A DNA stretch of 62,245 nucleotides, the filler included, from Malassezia furfur (Eukaryota), in assembly GCA_052055015.1 (NCBI GenBank). It is 3 parts of 3 records of this genome, joined end to end, with 100 filler letters (N's around TTAATTAATTAA, not from the genome) between each part and the next. Parts side by side here need not be neighbours in the genome. Positions count along the whole stretch, not along the records: positions 1 to 20,876 come from JBQJIT010000174.1; positions 20,977 to 41,699 come from JBQJIT010000175.1; 1 more part is not named here. One strand, given 5' to 3'. The notes under the pieces are model-generated. The model was not told the DNA's origin. It did not search any database and worked only from the letters and a program-made list of their open reading frames with translations. Of the stretch, positions 10,976 to 24,233 are shown in pieces; positions within the stretch are counted from its first letter, which is position 1, and every line of letters starts with the position of its first letter. The translations under genes were made by a program, and so were the position numbers.

Positions 10976-13050
10976 CTAGAACATACCCCCGAGGGATTTG
11001 GCCGCGTCCGCCGCGGACAATCCTCCGAACCGACGGCGGCCCGTCGAGAGGCGCGACTGCACAAGGGATGAACACGGTGGGCCCTCGCTTGGAGTAGGTT
11101 CAGGGGCGACCGGCGCGGCATCTGGCTGCACATGAGTCGTGGCGCGCTCCGTCGACGCCGTGGAGTCGGCACTTGCCATGCCCTCAGAATCCGCAAACGG
11201 AGCTGACCATTCGTCCGAGGCAGGTGGCGCTTGCAGCGGCGTGCGGGAATGCGTGTCCAAGTTGTCTGCATCCGCGGCCCAGACGCCGGTCGTCGGATCC
11301 TCGGGCGCTGGCGGAGGCAACTGGCTTTCCTCCGCCCAGGGCGACGGCTCCGGTGCGTCCAGCGCTGCCCTGGGCTCGGCTAGCGACGAAGTAGCAGGTT
11401 CGATTTTGTTTGCTTCCTCTTCCATACCATTGCCCTCGTCGGGTTCGTCCAGGGCTGGCGGATGGGGGGTGATGCTGGTAGCCGATGTCGGCGCCGTTGC
11501 CGGTGCCTCGGCTTCTTGGGCCTGATTCCCCTTCAAGGCACGCGCAGCAGCGGCTTGGGCCGGAGTGATTTTGCGTTTGATGTTGGCCTTAGCCATCGCC
11601 GCCTTTTGTGCATCCTGTGCTGCAGCACTCAAGTCCATATCAAATAGACCAAGCATCTCGAGCACGCGCTGTTCGTACACGCCGCTGATCCGAACATGCT
11701 CGAGGATGAGGTGTTGCAAATCCTGGTGCGTCTGTATGCTGTGTCGCTGGAGGCTCTCCCGTAGCGACTGGCTGATTTGATTGAGGTAGCGCTCGAGCAG
11801 TTGTTCGTGGTGCTGCGCCTCACGCACTTCCTCGACGGCGACTTCCACGCGATCCGGACGCAGTTGACGCGCCGTACGGAGCTGTTCAGCGTCCTGGCGC
11901 TTGTTGGCCGTGACGCGACGCGCGATATCGTGTTCGAGAATGACCGACGTGCGCTCCTGCAGCACGAGCCGCGCGGTGCGCAGGTTGCGTTCTTGGTAGG
12001 CCATCGCGTCCTTCAGCGTAACTTCCTCTGCGTGCATCTTAGTGAGTGCGGCGATCACGTACAATGGTATCCGACAACGTCCCAACATTGGTGTACATGG
12101 TATGGGCGCTGCGCAGTGTGCGCGGCAGACGACCCTGGAGCGACTCTCCGCGTGCCTCTTCCAGGGTGGCCAGCGGTAGGAAGGCGTCGGCGACGTCCTG
12201 CATCGCTGCGTGCACGGCACTGCGCGCCTCTGATACGCGCACACTGGCCTGCACCACATCACCCAGCTGTTTCTCGAGTCGGGTAAGCTCGATGCGCGCT
12301 GTGGCCAAGTCCTCGTGGGGGTCGCTCACCCCCACCGCCGATACCGCCGCCAAGTGCACCGGAACCAGCGCCGCGGGCGGCGGTTTGGGGTGCGCACGGA
12401 TGCCCAGCATCGATGCAACGCCCGACGTGCTAGGCTCGGGACCAAACAGCTCGCCTGAAAATACGTGGGCAAGCGATTGCACCTGTGCGGTGGCCTTGGC
12501 CACCTGCTTCCGCTGCCCATCGGGCGCTTCGGCCTCGACGGGAAGCGGTTCGTAGCTGTACTCGGATTCGATAAACCGACGTGTCTCCTTGTGTGCACGC
12601 AGCGTTGGTTCGTTCAGGATCCGCTCAAACCAGCGCTCCAGCATATTGCGCAGTTCGTGCAGTTCGCGCACATCTTCGTCGTACCCAGCGTCAGGCATGT
12701 GAATCATGGCTGGAGTCGGCAGGGGCAGCGCGGGAACAATCAGGTTTGGCCCAGTCATGGACAGCGCCGAGGCATACATAGCAAGCTCGCGATACGTGCG
12801 CTCCACGTTGTGGAACTCGCGCCGATAGAAGCTCGGCATGTTGGTCTGAGTGAGTGAAATGACGCACCGTGCAATCAAAACGGATGCCGAGCTCGTGCAT
12901 GGACCGCGTGATCTGCAACTTCGAGAGAGTAATGTGCCATGCCGGTGCATTGCGCACCGGAGCCACGGCCTTGGCGGGCGGGCCGCTGGACGCAAGAGGC
13001 GCCGCGTCCTTGGGCGGTGGCTTGGGCGCCGCCTGGGCCGGTTGGGACAT
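10976..13050 (-). CDS. VPS17: Retromer sorting nexin Vps17 (PX-BAR), 2 introns
   Basis: IRFDCT|TNMPSFYRREFHNVERTYREL…LIVPALPLP PX domain followed by a coiled-coil BAR region; the start codon is uncertain. Confidence 0.75.
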
Positions 13051-13088
13051 CGCGAGCGGAGGTGGAGGGATCGACTATCCACAAGACA

Positions 13089-14194
13089 CTATTCTGGCTC
13101 CACTTCGCCCAAAAGCAGCGTACGGTCGGTCGACGCCGAGACGACTGCATAAGCATAGCAAACGTACCGATCGGCTCGCGCGGATGCATGTCCACGGCTG
13201 TACACGTTCCCCTGTGGCCTGGGAGTTTGTACAATATCGCGCCTTTTTCCACACTGAGGTCAGTCGTCGCCACGTACTCCCAAATCGTGCAGGTGCGGTC
13301 TGCGCTGCCACTCGCAACACGCTCCCCGTCCATGCTCCATGCCGCCTTCATGAGAATATTTTCAAAGCCACTCGGCGCACCCGTAAGCGTGCGGTACAGT
13401 CGGGGGCTCTCTGTGTCGCCCGGCCGCGGCTCCGGAGCGAACGGACGCACATCCCAGATGCGCAATGTGTCGTCCAGCGAGGATGACAAGAGGTGAGTGC
13501 CCGAGCGAGACAGCGCAAGCGAGCCAATGGTGTCCAGGTGGCCGCGAAGCGAGTACGGCCGCTGCTTGGTCGCTAGGTCCACCGCATGGATCGCATTGTC
13601 GACGCCGCCAACAAACAGCTGGGTGCCGTCTTCCGAAAAGGCAACGGCCGTGACAGGGTATCCGAGATCCAGCGCGTCCACAGCGTGCCGCTCGTCCAAG
13701 TCCCATAGCAGCACTCTCCCATCGTCTGAGCCCGAGGCAACCAGCGTACGCCCCGAGCGCGTGCATGCCACGCTGTTTACAATGCCCTTGTGCCCACGGA
13801 AGCGCCGTAGCTTTTCGCCAGTGCGTGCATTCCACACAATGACGGTGTTGTCTGCCGAGCCCGACACGAGGGTTGGCGTCTCCTCCGCGGGCGCCCAAGC
13901 CACCGTGGTCACGGCGCGCCCATGGCTTATCAATTGCCCAATATTACGGTTCCCCCCGTAGGTCTCCCATAATGACACGGTGTGGTCCGCGGACACGGCA
14001 GCAATCGTCTGACCGTCGGGCGAAAACTTGACGTCGAGGATTTCGGCCGCGTGCGCGCCTTGCAGTGAGATGATGGACGATGACAGCGAGCTAGTGCGCC
14101 GCTGCGTCTGCGTCAGGGTGCCCTCGTTTCCCTGGCGCACACGCTTCACCACCTCGCCCGCGGCCAGCGGGGGCGATTTCCGTTTGTCGGCCAT
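13089..14194 (-). CDS. SNRNP40: U5 snRNP 40 kDa WD40 protein (Cwf17/Spf38), 2 introns
   Basis: RTSSLSSSIISLQGAH…, LRIWDVRPFAP, ILYKLPGHRG, HPREPI|VVSASTDRTLLLGEV. Confidence 0.9.
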
Positions 14195-14254
14195 CGTGGA
14201 TGCGAAAAGCGGCGGCCCGCTGACTAAAACTCTTCGCCGAACGCACTGACGCGA

Positions 14255-17200
14255 ATGCCACCGAGCAAGGCGTTCAGCGCGCAGAACATCCGCAATTGTA
14301 CGCTCATCGGCCATGTCGACCACGGCAAGTCGTCGTACGCGGACTCCCTGCTAGCCGCGAACGGGATTATCTCGTCCCGTTCCGCGGGCCAAGTCCGTTA
14401 CCTGGACTCGCGCGAAGACGAGCAGGAGCGAGGCATCACGATGGAAGCAAGCGCCGTGTCGCTCAACTTCAAGTTGCGCACACTTGCGGCAGACGGCGAG
14501 GTATCTGAGGTGAAGGATTATACACTGAATCTGGTTGATACGCCTGGACACGTCGACTTCTCGAGCGAGGTGTCGTCGGCGTCGCGCCTATGCGACGGTG
14601 CGCTTGTGATTGTCGACGTGATCGAGGGCGTATGTTCCCAGACAATCGGTGTACTACGCCAGGCGTGGCTCGATGGGCTGCGTACTGTGCTGGTAATCAA
14701 CAAAATGGATCGCCTCATCACTGAGCTGAAGCTGACGCCAACTGAGGCGCACTACCGCCTGCTGCAGCTTGTTGAGCAAGCCAATGCGGTCATTGGCGGC
14801 TTTTTTGCTGCCGAGCGCATGGAACACGAGCAACGCATTCACGAGGAGCGCGAGCGTCTGCGTGAGGAGCAGAACGTTGAGCCTGACGACCTGCCTGGCT
14901 TTGAAGAGGGCAGCGACGAAGATCTGTACTTTGACCCCTCGAAAGGCAACGTGATTTTCGCAAGTGCCATGGACCATTGGGCATTCCGACTGGAGCGATT
15001 CGCGCGCCTGTACAGCCGAAAGCTCGGGATCAAGGAGCAGACCATTCGGCAGTTCCTATGGGGCAACTACTTCCTTGACCCTAAGACGAAGCGCGTCCTC
15101 ACGCAAAAGCAGCTCGACAAAGAGCGGCGTACGCTCAAGCCCATGTTTGTCCAGTTTGTGCTGGACAATGTGTGGAGCGTGTACGAAAACACCGTGGAGC
15201 AGCGCAACATGGAGAAGGTGGAGAAGATCATTGCGGCACTCGGTTTGACCATTCACCCCCGCGACCTCAAGGCGAAGGAGGCATCGGCACTCATGCAGGC
15301 GCTCATGAGCCAGTGGCTCCCGTTGTCCGCATGCACGTTCGCCGCAATTGTGCACAATTTACCACCGCCGAACGAGGCCCAGCGGACGCGCGTGCCGCGC
15401 ATGGTGCGCCCCGACTTGGGCTACTTTGCCAGCGAAAAGGAACTGGAGCCCCACAATGCGTTTGAGCGCGACACGTTCACTGGCAATGCCCAGCAAGACG
15501 CGGCGATGGTGGTGTACGTGAGCAAAATGTTTGTTGTCGGCGCCGAGGATCTTCCAGAGAACAAGCGCGTGCAGCTCACTGCCGACGAGATGCGCCAGCG
15601 CGGACGTGAGATGCGCGAGCGGGCGGCCGAGGTCGACTCGGCGCTCGCGGCGACCGGCACGGCGGTTGCACCCGGGGAGCGTGGGGAGGCGACCGAGCCC
15701 GTCGCCTCCGACGACAACGCGCCGCAGGGGGGCGACGCTGCTTCTGCGCCGCGCGAGGCCGTCCTGGGCTTTGCGCGGATCTACAGCGGGTGCCTCAATG
15801 CAGGCGACACGGTGTATGCTGTACTGCCCAAGTACAATGTGCAGTTGCCCCCGACGCACCCGTCGAATGTGCCCTATCTGCGGCCAGTGCAGATCGAGGC
15901 ACTCTACATGATGATGGGCCGTGACCTCGTGGCGGTGCAGCGCGTGCCGGCCGGCAACCTGTTTGCCGTGCGCGGCCTCGATGGAGTTGTGTTGCGAAAC
16001 GGAACGCTAATCCGCGTGCCTGGCACGGAGGGCCCTCCCTCCGACCTGGTCAATCTCGCTGGCGTACACCGCAATGCGACACCGATTGTCCGAGTGGCAC
16101 TTGAGCCCAAGAACCCGTCCGACATGCCCAAGTTGGTCGAGGGCTTGCGTCTCCTCAACCAGGCCGACCCGTGTGTGGAGGTGATGGTGCAGGACAATGG
16201 CGAGCATGTGATCATGACCGCCGGTGAGCTGCATTTGGAACGATGCATGAAGGATTTGCGCGAGCGGTTTGCGCGGTGCAAGATCCAGCAGTCGCCGCCG
16301 CTTGTGCCTTTCCGCGAGACGGCGGTGCGTGGTGCAACGATGGCGCCGCCCAAGACGCCCGGGGCCCAGCGCGGCACTGTGAGCGGTACCGCGCTGAACG
16401 GCGCGTTGGCGTACACGGTGCGTGCAGTTCCGCTCCCTGCCGAGATTACTGAATTTTTGGTGGTGAACCAGCCGACGATTCGGCGACTGCACCGCAAGGG
16501 CGCGGGCGCGCACGACGACGGTGACGTCGAGCAGTCCACGCACGACCTGAGCGACCAGCATACATCTGCGCCGCAGCAGGATACTGAGACGGACGCATCC
16601 GAGGAACGTGCGCAGCGCGTGTCCGTGCGACAGTTCTGGCCCGAGCTGCAGCGCGTCTTGGAGCGCGCCGGCCCGCGCTGGGCAAACATGGCCGACCAGA
16701 TCTGTGCGTTTGGTCCGCGCAACACGGGCCCCAATGTGCTACTGGATCAAAACGTGCTACACCGCTCGCTGCGTGCGCGCCATGACGACTTGTCCGCGCA
16801 GATGGCGCACGCGTCGCTCGAGGGCGGCGGTCTGCCGCGTGAAGTGGCGGATGCGGTGGAGAACGGCTTCCAGCTGGCTACGGCGAGTGGTCCGATGTGT
16901 GCAGAGCCGATGCAAGGCATGGCGTTTGTGGTGGAACGCGTGGCACTCGAGGAGAAAGAAGGGGTGAAGCCGTCGCAGGTCATGTCGGCGGCGATTTCGA
17001 GTGTGCGCGAGGCATGCAAGTCGGGCCTGCTCGACTGGTCGCCGCGCCTGATGTTGGCGATGTACTCATGCGAGATCCAGGCAGCACGTACGTATTCTAC
17101 GCGCGATACGGGACTAACCCTCAGCCGAAGTTCAGGGCAAGGTGCATGCGGTGCTGTCGCGCCGACGCGGGCGCATTGTGTCGGAGGAGATGAAGGAGGG

Positions 17201-17507
17201 CACGCTCTTCTTTACCATTGGCTCGCTGCTCCCCGTGGTCGAGTCGTTTGGGTTCGCCGAGGAGATTCGCAAGCGCACGTCGGGCGCCGCGAGTCCGCAG
17301 CTGCTTTTTGCTGGTTTCCAGCTGTTCGATTTGGACCCGTTCTGGGTTCCGACTACGGAAGAAGAGCTAGAGGACCTGGGCGAAAAGGGCGACCGCGAGA
17401 ACGTGGCCAAGCGCTACATGGACATGGTGCGCAAGCGCAAGGGTCTGCAGACCACGCGGCGCATTGTCGAGTCTGCCGAGAAGCAGCGTACGCTCAAGTC
17501 CAACTAG
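14255..17507 (+). CDS. EFL1: Elongation-factor-like GTPase for 60S maturation (Efl1/Ria1); 1 intron at 17088-17124
   Basis: [67 protein letters not shown]. Confidence 0.95.
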
Positions 17508-17839
17508 GGGCCATGCGCCCACGTAGCGACGTAGCTGACTCAGCTCACCGCATATAAGCACGTGGCCTGTGGCGGCCGAGCTGCGGCGGACTGCAGGTGC
17601 CCCCTATTGGCCTGCAGCACGCTGCAGCGGTGCATTGGCGCGGGGGCGGTAGGCCTGTTTGTCGCGCGCCGCAGGCACGCTCGGGCGAATCGCAACAGAT
17701 CGGGGGGCTGGGGCACTGGGAGGAACGCGGCAGGGCCGATCGCCCGTCGCGACGGGGGGCTTTCGGTCCTTTCTTTCCCAGCACGCCCGGCGCGCAGCGT
17801 TGGCCTCTCGGCGCAGACACGCATCTCGTGGGAGCTGCG

Positions 17840-20800
17840 ATGCCCAAGACGACGTTCCTGGACTCGATTCTAGGGCGCCCGTCGCAGACGTATCTCTCGG
17901 CGTACGGCGCGCCTTCGAGTGCCGACTCCGAGCGCGTCGCGTCCGACATCGACGCGCCCAAATCCGCGTCGGGCTACGGCGGTTTCTCGCAACTGCTTTC
18001 GAGCCCGCGAAAAAAGTCACACAGCACGCATGGCTCGGTAGATGAGCGCGGGGATGCGCTCAGCTCGAGCAACTCGCTGCGCTCGCGCCTCGGGCGCCGG
18101 CGCAGCAACCGGACACCACAGGCACGCGAGTCGCCCAACCTTCCGTCGCCACGGGTGCCCGAGGCGAGCTCGCCAAGCACCTTTACATCCTGGTGGGAGA
18201 ACCACAGTTTGACCAAGGGTGCGGCGGGCCCGGGCAGTGTACTGAGCGAGCCGGGTGAAACGTTCGCGGAGCGCTGGCGGCGCGACATGGCGCAGGGCCG
18301 TCCGGCGCGCAGCGAGGTCGGTGGCCCTGCGTCGTCTGCTTCGGTGCTGCGCAGTGCGTCGCGCCTCAAGCGCGAGCCGAACGTTGCGCCCCTGAGCAAC
18401 GACACGCCGACACTCTCGGTTCCGGCGCACATTCGCGCCATGCCCAAGTCCCAGAGCACCCCCTCGACGCGGTCGGAGCCCGGCAGTGCTGCAGGACCGG
18501 TATCGTCCAAACCGGCGGCCGCCACGGCGATGCACTGGTCGTCGCCGACCACGGCGCGCACGCGCGAGTCGGGGCAGTGGTACGAGTTTGTACGTACGAT
18601 GGAGCAGCGTGAAGCGGCGCGGCGTACGCAAGAGGCGGGTAGCGCACCGGCGACAACGAGTGCATCGACGGTCCCGGCGCCGGCGAGCGCGCCCAAGCCG
18701 AGCACCGAGCGCGCCGAACCGAACGAGGCCGACGTGTCCGAGTTTGGTGTGGCGCTGTCGAACGGCGATGCATCCAACACCTCGGCATCGGAGCTGGCGC
18801 CGCCGATCGATGCGACGCTACCCTACTTTAGTGTCTTCCCGCCCTCGGCCAACGCCGGGTCGCAGAAGCTCACGGCGGTCACTGAGGAAGACGAGACGGG
18901 CGGCATGTATGGCCTCGGCCTGCGTGGCGCCAATGCGTCGAGCACCGAGGTGTCCGGCACGGCGCTTTCGCCGCCTACGCCGCCGTCGACCGCTGTCGAG
19001 CTGCAGCCTGCGCAGGCGCCGCGCACGACAGCGGACCGCTCGCCAGTCGCGATGCTGGCGCCGCCCGTTCCGTCGTCGTCGTCGGCCACGGCACAAGCCA
19101 TGGGCCTGGCCCCCGCGCTGGACACGACGCCGACCAAGCCCAAGGATGGTGCGTCGTCGCCTGTGGCATCATCGCCGTCCAACTATGCATCGCCGACGCC
19201 CTCGCCGCCGCGCGTGACCCAGGCGGCGGCCGAGGACGACGCGGGGCCCCCAACGCCGGCCAAGCCGAAGCGCAACGTGGTGTACCAAAAGTCCTACCCT
19301 GCGCCGCAGCACACGCAGGACGTCTTCCAGAGTGCGACGCGCCCCGTGCCTGTGCAAGCGCCCACCTCCGACGCGCTGGATGAGCCGTTTGCGGCGGCGG
19401 ACCTCGCGCGCCTGTCATGGTCGCCTGCACTGTTCTATGCGCAGGAGGACGCGGCTTTCATGGACCCGTCGCAGAGCAGCGCGGCGTCGAGTGCGACGCC
19501 AAGCGCTGCGTCGAGTGCGCCCCCGAGTGCGCCCCCGAGTGAGCCCCTGAGCGCTCCGATGCACGCGCGCGATGCACTGGCGCCTTCGCCGATGGTGCAC
19601 GACAACACGCACCGTCCTGACTCGCACTTTGTCTCAGCGCTCGACCAGCACAACGAGGGCAAGCCGAGTGAAGCGGCTGCCGCCGCGGCATCCGCGGCGG
19701 GCACCACCACGTCTGAGACGTCGCCCGCGCTGGGCAGCACGCTCGGCGGCGCCCACGGTGCCGCGGGTGGGACGGCGTACACCGTGCCAGCCTCGCGCGT
19801 GCCTGCCGTGGCGCGCAGTGGCGAGGCGCCGCACGGCTTCAAGCAGCCGTCGACCTACGCGCCGCGGCGGGGCGAGGCGACGACGAGCCGCGGCCTGTCG
19901 CACGGCACGAGCCGCGGCCTGGGGTCCAAGTACCGCAGCCCGTTGAACAACTGGCCGAACCAGATGGCGACGCTCAGCCCTCCCCGGTGGCATTCGCAGA
20001 CGGCCAAGCAGCCGACGCGCGCCATGTCGTACGGCTCGCTGCAGGCGGCGGCCCCTGCGCCGCGCACCACGACGACGCGCGTCGCATCGACGCGGCCGTC
20101 GGAGCGGACGCTGGCACCGCCGGCGCCTGCACCGCGCTCCGTCTCGACGCCGCACCGTGCTGCGCAGCGCCTGTCGACCATGTCGGTGGCCGAATCGGAC
20201 CTGCTGGACCTCGACCCGGCCAATGCACCGTGGACCATGACCAGCGAGGTGGGCCACTACGACCGCTCCGAGCTGCACGGCACCGACGGCCAGGACGATG
20301 GGGCGCCGACGACGCCCGAGGGCACGCCGCGGGGCAAGCAGCACGACACGCCGACGACGCCGTACGCGTATCAAGTGAACGCTGCAACGACGCCTGCGAC
20401 GACGCCCGGGCGCAAGGTGCTCGACCGCCCCCGCAACCGCGGCCCGCGCCCCACCGAGATGGGCGGCGTGCCGATTGCGCACGGCACGCTGCCTGCGCAG
20501 ATGCCGACGCCGCGCACGGCGCGCAGTGTGTCGGACAGTGTGCGGCCCACGCCGCCTGTGCCGCCGATGCCCACCACGCGTCATGCGTCGGCGGGCGACG
20601 CGCGCCTCGTCGCCGAGGATGCGGCCGAGGCGCGTGCGGCGCTTGCGGCGCGTCCCGCCTCGGCGCGCGAGCGTGCGGACAGTGTGCCGAGCGACGTCCG
20701 CTCGGTGCGCTCTGCCCGCTCCGCCCGCTCCGTGCCCGACGAGGAGTTTTACGATGCGGGTGGCGAGGAGATGCCGCTCGGTGCGGCATCGAGCGACGCG

Positions 20801-20876
20801 GACGACGCGCTGACGTTCACCTTCCACGACGTGCCCGACATGCGTGCGTCGGTGTCGTTGGCGGACACGCTCGTCG
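17840..20876 (+). CDS. Large Ser/Pro/Ala/Thr-rich, probably disordered protein of unknown function; truncated by contig end
   Basis: More than 1000 uninterrupted codons with strong GC3 bias from MPKTTFLDSILGRP; no domain recognised. Confidence 0.7.
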
Positions 20877-20976
20877 NNNNNNNNNNNNNNNNNNNNNNNN
20901 NNNNNNNNNNNNNNNNNNNNTTAATTAATTAANNNNNNNNNNNNNNNNNNNNNNNNNNNNNNNNNNNNNNNNNNNN
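20877..20976. other. Artificial contig-joining spacer (N44 + TTAATTAATTAA + N44)
   Basis: Exactly 100 nt with a six-frame stop linker at 20921-20932. Confidence 0.97.
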
Positions 20977-21387
20977 GCGCCCCCGCCGCTCGTGCCGTCC
21001 GGCGACGCAGGCGGCCCGTCGATCCCGACGCAGCCGCTGCCGCTCGTGATGCCCATCTCTGCGGTGCCGCGCTTGACGGCGCTCGGCATCAACCTCGTGC
21101 CTGCATCGCACCTGATCCCCGCGCTGTCGCTCGCGAGCGCAGGGCAGTCGATGGCGCTGAACCCCGGGCTGACGGCGCCACGCCCCGTCGTCGGCGTGCA
21201 GGAGGAGCCCGTGCTGCTTGTGGGCATCACCGACGCGCCGGGCGCGCCGGGCCACGTGTCGCACCAGCGGCTGCACCTCAGCGTCGTGCTCGCCAAGCTG
21301 CGGCCCGAGCAGCTGAGCGGCCTGGCGGCACTGATGCAGGCGCTGCAAACCGACGAAGGCAGCGGCGAGACGCGAGCAGCGACGTAG
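20977..21387 (+). CDS. 3' end of an unknown protein (5' truncated by contig start)
   Basis: Open frame …PLPLVMPISAVPRLTALGINLVP…LHLSVVLAKLRPEQLSGLAALMQAL…* with coding-like codon usage. Confidence 0.6.
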   Translation, partial: APPPLVPSGDAGGPSIPTQPLPLVMPISAVPRLTALGINLVPASHLIPALSLASAGQSMALNPGLTAPRPVVGVQEEPVLLVGITDAPGAPGHVSHQRLHLSVVLAKLRPEQLSGLAALMQALQTDEGSGETRAAT

Positions 21388-21416
21388 CGAACCAGAAATT
21401 AACAAACATACCACAT

Positions 21417-22834
21417 CTACGAAACAGGCGCGCGCTTTTCATCGGGGTACACGCCGGGCGTCTTGTCCTGGTAGCCGGGCAACGAGGAGCCGGCAGCAGT
21501 CTCCGACGTCGTCTTCGACGAGCCGGGCAGGAACCACGCATCATTGAGCTGCTGACGGCCAGCGCCGCTGCGCAGGTGCGACGGAAGCGCCGGCTCGGGG
21601 TCGTATGCGCCCACACGTGGCGCCGCGCCGACCGGCGACGCGACCGTCGTCGTACGCACCGCACCGGGGGTCTCGGTGGTGATCTTCTCGACCTGGTGCG
21701 CGTTCTGCAGGTAGAGCGGCAGGCCGGTCGTGCGAGTCGCAGCAACGTGCTCCGTCGGCGCAGTGCGAGCGTCCTCGTACTCGCTGTTCTCGACCGAGTG
21801 GAACTGCGACGAGAGTGCCGACGAGCGGCGGCCCGCGTCCATGTCCACCACCGTGTCCGGCTCAGGCGCGAGCACAGGCGTCGTCTTCTGCACCGAGTGC
21901 GCCGTGACGGGCGACAGGTAAGACAGCGACGCGGGCTCCGCCGAGGCGGGCACCAGCGCCACGCTGGATGCCCCCGGACCCTCCTCGAACTCGTCGGCGG
22001 TGGGCGCGTAGTAGGGTTCGGCGCGTGGCGTCGACGCAACGCCGGTGTCGTACGAGGCCGACTTGGTGTGGCCAGTGGTGATCACGGGCGGCTCGGCAGG
22101 CGCCGCAGTGTGCGTCGGCTCCATGTTGATGTGCTCCTCGGTTGCGTACGGGCGCTCCGACGGCGGCGCAGCAAACAGGCGGTTGTACATGGTCGCATCG
22201 TCCGCCGTGTGCTCCTTGCGGGAGCGGCGCACGTTGCAGCAGATCCCAATCCCGAAAAAGAAGGACGCAACAAACAGCGCAATCGCCGCCGCGACGTCCA
22301 GCCAGAACGCCGTGCCAAACTTGAACGCAAGCGCGGGGTCCAAGTGCCGCTTGAGGATAAAGTAGGCCACCACCACAATGACAAACGCGGTGGTCGCGAC
22401 GGCCGCGGCAAAGAACGACAGGATGGCGACCAGCGAGCCGACCACCACCGGGAAAAAGACGCCCAGAATCGCCAAAAAGAAGGTCACACCGGCCAGGCCA
22501 AACGCTGTGGTCAGAACGGCGTCGGGCAACGTACCGATCGGGAAAAGAACAAACACATAAGAGAGCGTGTGGATCGAAGAAGGGAGCGTGTAGGGGTCAA
22601 GCGCCGCAAATTCTGTGTGAGCCAGAAACACGTACGGCGCGGGTAGCCGAGATGCATCGAGGTCACCGCATCCCGCACCTTGTAGCCCAGCACACCAAAG
22701 TGTGCTTTGCCTTGCGGGAGCACGGCCTCGAGCAGCCACAGCTTTTCAAACACAGGCGTGCAGAAGGTCACAAAACCCAGCAGCACAGTCGCCGCACCGG
22801 CGAGGAAAACACCCAGCGCGGTCGGGCTCTTCAT
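21417..22834 (-). CDS. SUR7/PalI/Rim9-family four-TM membrane protein with long cytosolic tail, 1 intron
   Basis: N-terminal TM, FGVLGY loop motif, three further TMs, KFGTAFWL motif. Confidence 0.75.
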
Positions 22835-23078
22835 GCTGGCGTGAGGAGACGCGTTTGCGCTCCTCGTCGGCATGCAATTTGCTTGCTGACTCAGCGCGAC
22901 GTATGCGCGCCCCATACGCAGGGCCAGGGCTGGGCGCAGCGTGGGCGCCTGCGCACAAAATGGGTCACGGGCATTCACGACCAATCCGGCCGCCGACATC
23001 GGGCGTGCGCGCGCGCGCGCGAAATTGCCAGGGCCGGTGCTGGAAGGAAAGAAGGCTATGCTATTGCGTACGCTACGC

Positions 23079-24167
23079 TCACAAAACGTCGTCCAGACGC
23101 AAACGCAGGCCAGGGCCCTGCGTCGAGCTGAGGTGCACCTGCTGCACCACCGACAGTGCTGAAAGGTGTTAGTTCGTAGTCGTACATACCCCGCTTCAGC
23201 GCACCGGGCGTGCGCTTGGCCACCTTTTGTCCCTGGGCATCCACCGACTCGGTGTCGCGCGCATAGCCAGCCACCACATGCGCACTCGTCTTGGTCCCCG
23301 CAAGGCCGCTGACCGCCTTCTCGATCACTGCGTCGAGCAGCGCCTGCACATTCTTCCGCAGGTCCGCCTCGGAGAACGCAATGCGGCCCACAGCCCCACG
23401 CACCACACCGGCGCGGTCGCCACGCCAGTCGACGCCTGTCACGAGCTGCTCGACGGCGCGCTGCATCTCCTCGCCATCCTCGACGGCCGTGCCACGCTTC
23501 GTGCTCGGCATGAGACCACGCGGACCAAGCGTGCGCGCAAGTGCCTTGCTCAGCGCCGGCAGCATCGCCGTCGTACACAGCACACGGGTGTACGCAGGCA
23601 CACGGCCGGATGCCGCGTCCGTGATCATCTCGCTGCCGCCAATGATGAGCTGCGTCGAGGAACCGGACGCCTGCAGCTGCTCGGCGGCACGGTGCGCCGC
23701 GGCGGCCGCCTCAGTGCCCTGCTCGGCAAACACAAGCACAGTCTCGCCCTTGATACGCGGCTCTTTCGGGAATACGATGCGCCCACGGAAGGCGTTGGTC
23801 TGGTTCGACGGCACATTGGTCACAATGTGCAGTTCGTATGCGTTGCGTGGCCGTGCGGCCTCAAGCGACTGGGTTAGCGTGATGTACGTACGCGAATCAC
23901 GTTCCGCGCCTCGCTCAGCGTCATGCTCTGTGTGCCCTTCTTTTCGTCCGCCTTGACGGCGTGCGCTGCGTCGTTCTCGGCGAGGAGCTTGGCCGCAGCG
24001 GCCGCCTCGGCGCCTTTCAGCTTGCCCTCCGCATGGAGGCGCAGTAGCGTCTTGGGGCTCTTGCGCGCACGCCCACGCGCCAGTGCACTCTTCTTCGCGG
24101 CCGCCGCCGTGGTGCTGAACCACCGCGCCGCGGCTCCGCGCGTCCCACTCACCACGCTCCGCAGCAT
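23079..24167 (-). CDS. MRPL1: Mitochondrial ribosomal protein uL1m, 2 introns
   Basis: Mitochondrial-type presequence; FRGRIVFP, LARTLGPRGLMPSTKRGT, VGRIAFS, VHLSSTQGPG. Confidence 0.9.
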
Positions 24168-24233
24168 GACGTTTGTCAGGAAGACGTCCGAAATCGGCAC
24201 GTGACCTCGACGCGCGCGGTGTTGCTGTGTGCC

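Noticed and set aside
17088..17124. Apparent frameshifts in EFL1, RTP1, LYS1, CDC42 and others as programmed frameshifting or pseudogenes
   Set aside because: Where traced, each is resolved by a short canonical intron with a branch point
20921..20932. TTAATTAATTAA palindrome flanked by Ns (also at 41744-41755) as a biological element
   Set aside because: It is an identical 100-nt six-frame-stop linker used to concatenate contigs; gene adjacency across it carries no meaning
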